From assembly GCA_041395785.1 (NCBI GenBank), contig JAWKZZ010000003.1, positions 270,978-334,977 of the forward strand: a stretch of 64,000 nt of DNA, given 5' to 3'. A program made the translations under genes and the position numbers. Below the pieces are notes generated by a model. The model saw only the letters and a program-made list of their open reading frames with translations. It had not been told where the DNA came from and ran no database searches. Shown here in pieces: positions 55,931-64,000 of this stretch. The stretch is from Pseudomonadales bacterium (GTDB taxonomy: Bacteria > Pseudomonadota > Gammaproteobacteria > Pseudomonadales > UBA7239). Each line of letters opens with the position of its first letter. Positions within the stretch are counted from its first letter, which is position 1.

Positions 55931-56479
55931 TTACTCAGATTTGTTTTTGGTTTTACTGTTAGAAGAGGCTTCATCGCTGGTCGATGGTGGAATGATGACA
56001 GTGACACGACGGCTGTTGTCATTGCCGCCTGCACGCGATGATTGTGCTTTGACGCGCTCGGCTTTTGTGTCGTATTCGATGCGGTCGCCTTTGATGCTGC
56101 CGCTATTTTGTTTGAGGCTCGCACTGTCTTGCAGGGTGATTACATTTTTGGCGACATCAAAATAAATATTGAGCGCTTGTGCGTCGACAACATCGTTGGG
56201 GCCGGTCAACTGTTGGTGGTAAGTAGCTGGGCTGCCAATGGCATGGATTTTTGTTAATTTATCGTTTGCACTATTGAGCACGACTTTACTGGCGACAATG
56301 TGAATACTGCCTTGTTGCACATCTACATTGCCGGTGTAAGTGGTGATGCCGGTTTTTGCATCGCGCTCTGCACTGTCGGCCTGAATTTCTATCGGCTTAC
56401 TGCGGTCATTAGGCAATGCAACAACGCTGTTGCAGACAAGTGCCAATCCAAGAACAGTGAGGCTAGCGAGGTGCTTCAT
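55931..56479 (-). CDS. lptA: LPS transport periplasmic protein LptA
   Basis: Signal peptide plus an OstA-like beta-jellyroll pattern (PIEIQADSAE...TYTGNV...). 182 aa. Lies between lptC and lptB. Confidence 0.85.
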   Translation of the reverse strand: MKHLASLTVLGLALVCNSVVALPNDRSKPIEIQADSAERDAKTGITTYTGNVDVQQGSIHIVASKVVLNSANDKLTKIHAIGSPATYHQQLTGPNDVVDAQALNIYFDVAKNVITLQDSASLKQNSGSIKGDRIEYDTKAERVKAQSSRAGGNDNSRRVTVIIPPSTSDEASSNSKTKNKSE

Positions 56480-57092
56480 GAATCTCCTTGACGCGCGAAG
56501 GCAGTTGCAAATAGTCGCGAGCTAAATCAGCGCGCATGCCAATTGCCTGCGATACGCTGTTGCGGATATGTATGTTAACAGCTTTGTCTGTGTGGGCGAG
56601 TTCGCGCTCGGTGTTGACATGTAAGTATTCGCTGACAATGCGCATCGGCCCGTTGGGTGCGGTATTGCTGAACAAGGTAGCATTGCCGTACAAATCAATG
56701 ATGTTGCTGGCTTGATAGGCTATTGCCCTGTCAGCGGTTACTTCCCACGGCGTTTCACTTTTTTTGTCATCGCTAAGGCGAAGCACATACAGGTGTGGAG
56801 TTTCGATTAAGCTGCGTTTGTCCGCATCGAAATAGGAGATGCGCTTGCCATTCAGTTGGCGCACTTTGCGGCCGGTTTCGTCGAAAGAATCCAGTTGTGC
56901 ATTGTCGATGACTGTGGTGGGTGATGGTTCTGAACTTGTCGATGTCGCGTCGGCTGATTTTTTTGTTAACACTTTGTCGCTGTCGTTCCAACTCAAGCCA
57001 ATGACGGCGAGCAAAATCAGTACGGCTGCAACAATCACATGACGCATCGTGCCAGTGAGAAGGGTTGCTTGGATTTGCGAAAGCTTAGTCAT
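56463..57092 (-). CDS. lptC: LPS export system protein LptC
   Basis: Single N-terminal TM (VIVAAVLILLAVIGL) plus a periplasmic domain. Position is between kdsC and lptA. The start may be the Met at 57047. Confidence 0.75.
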   Translation of the reverse strand: MTKLSQIQATLLTGTMRHVIVAAVLILLAVIGLSWNDSDKVLTKKSADATSTSSEPSPTTVIDNAQLDSFDETGRKVRQLNGKRISYFDADKRSLIETPHLYVLRLSDDKKSETPWEVTADRAIAYQASNIIDLYGNATLFSNTAPNGPMRIVSEYLHVNTERELAHTDKAVNIHIRNSVSQAIGMRADLARDYLQLPSRVKEIHEAPR

Positions 57093-57097
57093 AGGCG

Positions 57098-57631
57098 TCA
57101 GTGTTGGCTGTAGCGCGCGTGTATGGCATCTAGCTGCCCTTGCGCGGCGAGAATGAATTCTGCGGCTTCCCTGACGGCGCCGTGCCCGCCCGTTGCTGCA
57201 GTCACAAGGTTGGCATGCTGACGCACTATGCTGACGGCATTGGCGGGTGCGATGCCCAATCCTGCTTGCAAAATCGCAGCTAGATCAGGCAGATCGTCGC
57301 CCATGTAGGCCACGGCATCGGGTGTGACAGGCAGTTGTTGGATAGCTTCGTGCATTGCTGCCGCTTTGTCTTCGCGGCCTTGGATCAGCAGCTCAATACC
57401 AAGCTCGCGGGCGCGGCGCTCTACCATCGGGCTAACGCGACCGGTGATGATGCCGACTTGAATATTGTGCTGTTGCAGCAGCTTGATGCCCAAGCCGTCA
57501 TGGATGTGAAAGCGCTTTGACTCGCGTCCATCGCTATCGTAGACAATGCCGCCGTCTGACAGCACGCCGTCTACATCCAGCAACAGCAGTCGAATCGCTT
57601 GGGCGCGCTGTTGGGCTTCTGTCGTCGTCAT
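57098..57631 (-). CDS. kdsC: 3-deoxy-D-manno-octulosonate 8-phosphate phosphatase
   Basis: HAD motif LLLDVDGVLSDG, and GDDLPDL. 177 aa. ATGA overlap with kdsD. Confidence 0.9.
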   Translation of the reverse strand: MTTTEAQQRAQAIRLLLLDVDGVLSDGGIVYDSDGRESKRFHIHDGLGIKLLQQHNIQVGIITGRVSPMVERRARELGIELLIQGREDKAAAMHEAIQQLPVTPDAVAYMGDDLPDLAAILQAGLGIAPANAVSIVRQHANLVTAATGGHGAVREAAEFILAAQGQLDAIHARYSQH

Positions 57632-58617
57632 CAGGCCACGCCTGCCTTGAGGATGTCGTGCAGGTGCACAATGCCCTCGACGCGCTGATGGGCGTCTACT
57701 ACCACAAGAGCAGTAATGTTTTTTTGCTCCATGATGGCTACAGCTTCTGCAGCGAGCATGTGCTTACTAACTGTTTTGCCATGGCGTGTCATCACACTTT
57801 CAATACTGGTATGCAGTAGATCTGTGGTATTGCCCTGCAGGGCGCGGCGCAAGTCGCCATCGGTGAATATGCCGAGCAGGCGGCCTTGGTGGTCGCATAC
57901 TGTCGTTAGCCCTAAACCCTTGGCATTCATCACCAGCAGCGCTTCAGCTAGGACTGTGCTGGGAGGCACAGCGGGGATGCGCTCGCCGCTGTGCATAATG
58001 TCTTCCACCTTCAGCAGCAGCTTGCGGCCCAGCGCGCCACCCGGGTGAGAAAAAGCAAAATCCTCAGCGGTAAAGCCGCGCGCTTCCAGCAGGGCGATGG
58101 CGAGAGCGTCGCCCATCACCAATGCCACCGTGGTGCTGGCGGTGGGAGCTAGGTCGAGCGGACAGGCCTCCGATTCCACGCTGGCATCCAAGTGCACATC
58201 GGAGGCTTGCGCCAAGACGGATTGCGCGTTCCCGGTCATGCTGATTAGCGGCACGCCCATACGCTTGATCAGCGGCAACAGGGTCACCACCTCGGCGGTA
58301 GAGCCGGAGTTAGAGAGCGCAATGACAACATCGCGCTTGGTGATCATGCCCATATCGCCGTGGCTGGCTTCGCCAGGATGCACAAAGAAAGCTGGGCTGC
58401 CGGTGCTGGCTAGCGTGGCGGCGATTTTGCGGCCGATGTGTCCAGATTTGCCCATGCCGGTCACGATAATGCGCCCTTCACAGAGCAGGAGCAGTTCGCA
58501 GGCGCGTGCAAAATCCGCGTTGATAGCGCGCTGCAATCGCTCAACTGCGGCAGCTTCCACGCGCACGGTGCGCAGGCCAGAGGCGAGAAAATCCTGTGAG
58601 TTGTGTTGAGTGTTCAT
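57631..58617 (-). CDS. kdsD: arabinose-5-phosphate isomerase (KdsD/KpsF family)
   Basis: SIS domain (VTGMGKSGHIGRKIAATLASTG) followed by two CBS domains. 328 aa. Confidence 0.9.
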   Translation of the reverse strand: MNTQHNSQDFLASGLRTVRVEAAAVERLQRAINADFARACELLLLCEGRIIVTGMGKSGHIGRKIAATLASTGSPAFFVHPGEASHGDMGMITKRDVVIALSNSGSTAEVVTLLPLIKRMGVPLISMTGNAQSVLAQASDVHLDASVESEACPLDLAPTASTTVALVMGDALAIALLEARGFTAEDFAFSHPGGALGRKLLLKVEDIMHSGERIPAVPPSTVLAEALLVMNAKGLGLTTVCDHQGRLLGIFTDGDLRRALQGNTTDLLHTSIESVMTRHGKTVSKHMLAAEAVAIMEQKNITALVVVDAHQRVEGIVHLHDILKAGVA

Positions 58618-58733
58618 CGTGTGCAGAGCGTGAATCCGTTGGCGCGCTTGATGCGGTCTGTCGTGCCGCGTTGTGTGCGCAAATGGTATAGTGCCGGCAC
58701 TAAAAAGTCATGGTGAAAAGAGAGTTTTGTAGT

Positions 58734-58979
58734 ATGAGCATCCATATCGATCAGTGGATTGAGCAAGTGTTAACAGATGCGTTATCAGCCGAACAAGTGC
58801 TAGTGGGAGGCGATGGTCGCCATTTCGAAATCACCGTGGTTAGCGCGCAGTTTGAAGGGCAGCGCCCTGTAAAAAAACAACAAATGGTTTATGCGGCATT
58901 GAATGAAAAAATTGCCGACGGCACCATTCATGCAGTGATGATGCAAACTTTGACGCCAGCTGAGTGGCAAGCGCGTTAA
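58734..58979 (+). CDS. ibaG: BolA family protein (IbaG-like)
   Basis: 81 aa from the Met at 58734. GDGRHFEITVVSAQFEG...RQQMVYAAL...IHAV is the BolA pattern. Immediately upstream of murA, as for ibaG/yrbA. Confidence 0.8.
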   Translation: MSIHIDQWIEQVLTDALSAEQVLVGGDGRHFEITVVSAQFEGQRPVKKQQMVYAALNEKIADGTIHAVMMQTLTPAEWQAR

Positions 58980-59008
58980 CTTCCGCACTATATATTTTTC
59001 TTGTTTAA

Positions 59009-60280
<1,272 letters not shown>

Positions 60281-60284
60281 TTCC

Positions 60285-60929
60285 ATGTCACAAAAAATTA
60301 CTATCGCCTTAACCAAAGGAAGATTGTTGCAAGAAACACTGCCGCTGTTGGCGCAAGCGGGCATCGAGCCTTTGGAGGACTTACAGGCTTCGCGTAAATT
60401 AATTTTTGCTACAACGCACGATGGCGTGCAGTTGGTCGTGCTGCGCGGTTCTGATGTGCCAACTTATGTGCAGTTTGGTATTGCAGATATTGGAGTGTCT
60501 GGCAAAGATGTCATTCTTGAACATGGCGGCGAAGGTTTTTATGAACCGTTAGATTTGGGAATTGCTCGCTGTCGTTTGATGACCGCCGGTGTTGTCGGTG
60601 CGCCGTTGAGGGAAGGGCGCATTCGTGTGGCGACAAAATTTATCAACATCGCGCGCCGCTATTATGCTGAGCAAGGGCAGCAAGTGGATGTGGTCAAACT
60701 GTACGGTGCAATGGAGTTGGCGCCGTTGATGGGGTTGGCCGATGAAATTGTGGATATTGTGGATACCGGCAATACTTTGCGTGCCAATGGCTTAGAGGCG
60801 CGCGCAACGATTGCGCATATCACATCGCGTTTAATTGTGAATAAAGCCGCACTGAAAACAAAACACGCCTCTATACAGTCGATTATCGATGCTGTGGCGG
60901 CTGCGGTTGCCGCAAAAGGTGCTGCGTGA
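60285..60929 (+). CDS. hisG: ATP phosphoribosyltransferase, short (HisZ-dependent) form
   Basis: [10 protein letters not shown] start region and [14 protein letters not shown]. At 214 aa it lacks the C-terminal regulatory domain of the 299-aa long form. Confidence 0.9.
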   Translation: MSQKITIALTKGRLLQETLPLLAQAGIEPLEDLQASRKLIFATTHDGVQLVVLRGSDVPTYVQFGIADIGVSGKDVILEHGGEGFYEPLDLGIARCRLMTAGVVGAPLREGRIRVATKFINIARRYYAEQGQQVDVVKLYGAMELAPLMGLADEIVDIVDTGNTLRANGLEARATIAHITSRLIVNKAALKTKHASIQSIIDAVAAAVAAKGAA

Positions 60930-62227
60930 ATATTCAGCGCGTCGTTTATGCTAGCTTAGAAAAATTTCGTTCTGTTTGGCAGGCTGTGTCTGGCTGGGAA
61001 CTGGAACAAGACAAAGGTGTGCGCAACACAGTATTAGAAATTATTGCTGCTGTTGTGCGAGAGCAAGATACCGCGCTATTGCAGTACACGCGGCAATTTG
61101 ATGGTCGTGATGTGCAATCCATTGCTGAATTGTGTGTCAGTCATGATCGTCTGCAACAAGCATTAAAAAATATCAGCGCCGAACAGCGCGCAGCTTTGGA
61201 AACGGCAGCGCAGCGCATCCGTGAGTTTCATCAGCGGCAGCAGGCAGAATCGTGGTCGTACACCGAAGCAGACGGCACGGTGTTGGGTCAGCGCATTACG
61301 CCGTTGGATCGCGTGGGTTTGTATGTGCCAGGTGGAAAAGCGTCGTATCCCTCGTCAGTGTTGATGAATGCGATTCCAGCAAAAGTGGCGGGTGTCGCCG
61401 AAGTGGTGATGGTAGTGCCTGCACCGCGCGGTGAATTGAACGAGATGGTGTTGGCGGCAGCGGCCATTGCCAGCGTCGATAAAGTCTTCACCATCGGTGG
61501 CGCGCAAGCCATAGCTGCTTTGGCGTATGGCACAGAAACGGTACCGCGCGTCGATAAAATTGTAGGCCCCGGCAATATTTATGTCGCCACAGCAAAACGC
61601 GAAGTGTTTGGGCAAGTGGGTATTGACATGATTGCGGGGCCTTCAGAAATTTTGGTGGTCTGTGATGGGCAAACCAATCCTGACTGGATTGCGATGGATT
61701 TATTTTCGCAAGCAGAACATGACGAAGATGCGCAGGCTATTTTAATTTCACCGGATAAAGATTTTCTGGATGCCGTGCAAGCCAGCTGCGAGCGTTTGCT
61801 GGCAAGTTTGGAGCGTCAAAATATTGTTCGTGCAGCCATGGAAAAACGCAGTCTGTTTATTCAGGTAAACGATTTGGACGCAGCAGCAGAGCTGTGCAAT
61901 TTTATTGCACCAGAGCATTTGGAGTTGTCTGTCGCCGAGCCGGAGTTGCTAGCAGAAAAAATTCGTCACGCCGGCGCGATCTTTTTAGGTCGTCATACGC
62001 CGGAAGCCTTGGGAGATTACTGTGCCGGTCCCAATCATGTATTGCCCACTTCGGGCACAGCGCGGTTTTCATCACCTTTAGGCGTTTACGATTTTCAAAA
62101 GCGCACCTCCATGATCAATGTCTCGGCGCAGGGCGCGGAAACATTGGGGCGCGTGGCATCGGTATTGGCGCGCGGCGAAGGGCTAACAGCGCACGCTTAC
62201 TCTGCAGAATATCGATTAAAAAAGTGA
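60926..62227 (+). CDS. hisD: histidinol dehydrogenase
   Basis: GTG start overlapping the hisG stop. [14 protein letters not shown] and APEHLEL motifs. 433 aa. Confidence 0.94.
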   Translation: MNIQRVVYASLEKFRSVWQAVSGWELEQDKGVRNTVLEIIAAVVREQDTALLQYTRQFDGRDVQSIAELCVSHDRLQQALKNISAEQRAALETAAQRIREFHQRQQAESWSYTEADGTVLGQRITPLDRVGLYVPGGKASYPSSVLMNAIPAKVAGVAEVVMVVPAPRGELNEMVLAAAAIASVDKVFTIGGAQAIAALAYGTETVPRVDKIVGPGNIYVATAKREVFGQVGIDMIAGPSEILVVCDGQTNPDWIAMDLFSQAEHDEDAQAILISPDKDFLDAVQASCERLLASLERQNIVRAAMEKRSLFIQVNDLDAAAELCNFIAPEHLELSVAEPELLAEKIRHAGAIFLGRHTPEALGDYCAGPNHVLPTSGTARFSSPLGVYDFQKRTSMINVSAQGAETLGRVASVLARGEGLTAHAYSAEYRLKK

Positions 62228-62234
62228 GTGTGGT

Positions 62235-63293
62235 ATGAGCCGCTACTGGAGCCGTTTTGTTCACAGCTTGGTGCCGTATGTTCCGGGTGAACAGCCAAAA
62301 ATTGCCAACTTGGTGAAGCTAAATACCAATGAAAACCCGTATGGACCATCGCCAAAAGCGGTAGCGGCAATGCAAGCGGAAGTGGGTGATGATCTGCGTC
62401 TTTACCCCGATCCAGATTCGACAAAACTTAAACAGGCGATTGCGCGTTATTACAATGTCGATGTAACTAATGTGTTTGTCGGCAATGGTTCAGATGAAGT
62501 TTTGGCGCACATTTTTTACGGCTTGTTGCAACAGGATGCACCGGTTTTATTTCCCGATATCACATACAGTTTTTATCCGGTGTACTGCGGGTTGTACAAC
62601 ATCGTTTTTCATCAAATCCCCTTGCGCGACGATTTTTCTATTGCGGTGGATGATTATGCGCAGCCCAATGGCGGCATTATTTTCCCCAATCCCAATGCGC
62701 CAACGAGCGTTTTATTGCCACTGGCTGCCATTGAACAATTACTGCAGCGCAACACCGAGTCGGTCGTAATTGTCGATGAAGCGTATATCGATTTTGGCGG
62801 TGAAAGTGCTATCTCACTGGTCAAGCAATACCCCAATTTGTTGGTAACGCAGACGCTGTCGAAGTCGCGCTCCTTGGCAGGCTTGCGCGTGGGTTTGGCG
62901 GTGGGTCACGCTGATTTAATTGCGGGATTGGAGCGCATTAAAAACAGTTTTAATTCATATCCGCTGAGCCGCATTGCGATTGCCGGCGCGGCGGCGGCGT
63001 TCGATGATCGTGAATACTTTGAGAACACTACGCAACAAGTGATCAGCAGCCGCGAGCAAGTTGTGGCTGCTTTGCAGGCGTTGGACTTTGCGGTGTTGCC
63101 GTCAGCAGCTAATTTTATTTTTGCGCGCCATGCACAATGGAGCGGCGAAAAACTGGCGCAAGCCTTGCGCGAGCGCGCGGTGCTGGTGCGTCATTTCAAA
63201 GGTGCGCGCACAGGTGACTATTTGCGCATCACGGTAGGTTCGGAATCGCAGAATCAGGCGCTGCTGTCGGCGCTGGCTGAGATCCTGTGTTGA
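62235..63293 (+). CDS. hisC: histidinol-phosphate aminotransferase
   Basis: [20 protein letters not shown] and the PLP-lysine context [14 protein letters not shown]. 352 aa. Confidence 0.94.
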   Translation: MSRYWSRFVHSLVPYVPGEQPKIANLVKLNTNENPYGPSPKAVAAMQAEVGDDLRLYPDPDSTKLKQAIARYYNVDVTNVFVGNGSDEVLAHIFYGLLQQDAPVLFPDITYSFYPVYCGLYNIVFHQIPLRDDFSIAVDDYAQPNGGIIFPNPNAPTSVLLPLAAIEQLLQRNTESVVIVDEAYIDFGGESAISLVKQYPNLLVTQTLSKSRSLAGLRVGLAVGHADLIAGLERIKNSFNSYPLSRIAIAGAAAAFDDREYFENTTQQVISSREQVVAALQALDFAVLPSAANFIFARHAQWSGEKLAQALRERAVLVRHFKGARTGDYLRITVGSESQNQALLSALAEILC

Positions 63294-64000
63294 GATGTGT
63301 TTTCTTGTATTGCCAGAAAGTAAAGCCCTGCGTCTCCCAGATTTTTTCGTAATGATCTTCTAAAAACTGTTTAATCCCAGGCACTTCTTTGATTGTGTTT
63401 GGGCCGGATGGTTTCGTGTAATCACTCATAACAAGAAATAGGGCGGGCGGCGCCGTTTGCAGGCGCTGCAGAAAATCTTGTTGTGCGCGCTGTACATACG
63501 CTTGTTCTGTGTGATGCAGAAACATGAAGCTGCCGAGATAGGGTGTTGCTAAAGTGGCTTCAGCTTGAAGCAAATAGTTTGTTGCGGGGCCGCCCTGCTC
63601 AATGACTTGCACTCTTTCACCAGGCTGGAGATGTTGTTTGATAAACGCCGCGACTTGGTGATCGAATGCTTGGTTAATCGCGATGTTAGGAAAGCGCTGT
63701 AGTTGGTCGCGATAGCCAGCCCACGGCAAATATTGGCTGCCTAATACATAAAAGAAATAACCCAGCAGTGCTGTCGGTAGCAGCTGGTTGCGCCAACCCT
63801 GTTTGTGCACAGGTATCAGCAAAAGAGAAGTGCTTAGTACGCAGAAGTAGGAGTAGGGAATCCAGTGGTAGTCCCAAAACTTTCCTGCAATCAGCGGGTA
63901 CAAGTTGTAGCTGATGGCCAAGCCAACGAGGGCGAGCATCAATGTGCGTTGCTGAGATGAGTGCTCGCTGTTGCGCCAGCCGTGCAAAAGACCAACGGCG
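63229..64000 (-). CDS. C-terminal part of a second polytopic membrane protein, paralogue of 12384-13970 (5' end outside window)
   Basis: The frame stays open to the window edge (...[13 protein letters not shown]...). It aligns with residues from about 285 to the end of the 12384-13970 product ([26 protein letters not shown] vs IIAGKFWFAHLLPPYFFAILCFSLLL; APPALFLVM vs NPPAFFVYI; FTFWQYKK vs YTIYRYKN). Its 3' end overlaps hisC by 65 nt. Confidence 0.6.
   Translation of the reverse strand, partial: AVGLLHGWRNSEHSSQQRTLMLALVGLAISYNLYPLIAGKFWDYHWIPYSYFCVLSTSLLLIPVHKQGWRNQLLPTALLGYFFYVLGSQYLPWAGYRDQLQRFPNIAINQAFDHQVAAFIKQHLQPGERVQVIEQGGPATNYLLQAEATLATPYLGSFMFLHHTEQAYVQRAQQDFLQRLQTAPPALFLVMSDYTKPSGPNTIKEVPGIKQFLEDHYEKIWETQGFTFWQYKKTHLNTGSQPAPTAAPDSAIPNLP

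Overview
This 64-kb window is core chromosome from a gammaproteobacterium. GC is roughly 50% by eye, and gene order follows Pseudomonas/Cellvibrionales-type synteny blocks. Left to right:
- aa3 cytochrome c oxidase subunit III with its assembly cluster (Cox11 end, small TM protein, SURF1, Sco-like protein, CtaA, CyoE, SCO), then a SnoaL-like protein
- ubiD-rho-trxA
- TPR lipoprotein, then hemA-[opposite-strand polytopic membrane protein]-prfA-prmC-moeB
- SDR-cca
- SlyB-like lipoprotein, galE, crp, osmC
- rpsU-dnaG-rpoD-tRNA(CAU)
- aminotransferase, hemJ/argC, erpA, anmK, M23 peptidase, tyrS
- one complete rrn operon (16S-tRNAIle-tRNAAla-23S-5S)
- birA-coaX-SPOR
- tRNA Thr-Tyr-Gly-Thr, tuf, tRNATrp, secE-nusG-rplKAJL-rpoBC
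- lptB-lptA-lptC-kdsC-kdsD on the reverse strand
- ibaG-murA-hisGDC
- the 3' part of a second paralogue of the polytopic membrane protein

I found no CRISPR array, transposase, integrase, phage gene, toxin-antitoxin pair or recognisable defence module. No unexplained non-coding block exceeds about 300 bp. I therefore do not claim a novel multi-gene system in this window.

Observations worth a second look:
1. Two divergent paralogues of a GT-C-like membrane protein sit tail-to-tail against hemA and hisC. In both, the ORF runs antisense into the housekeeping gene.
2. At least 18 small indels, mostly homopolymer-length changes, break ubiD, rpoD, tuf, secE, rplA, rplJ and rplL. There are also changes at universally conserved 16S positions. 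Meanwhile rpoB, rpoC, dnaG and rho are intact. This is almost certainly sequence-quality artefact, but the indels are strongly clustered.
3. There are synteny junctions at rpoC|lptB and kdsD|ibaG. The str operon, rpoN and mlaFEDCB are all missing from their usual positions.
4. A low-GC patch spans the birA/coaX boundary.
5. A histidine-less Sco-like CxxxC protein sits in the oxidase assembly cluster.

Functional calls rest on motif recognition in the supplied translations and on remembered synteny. No database search was possible.
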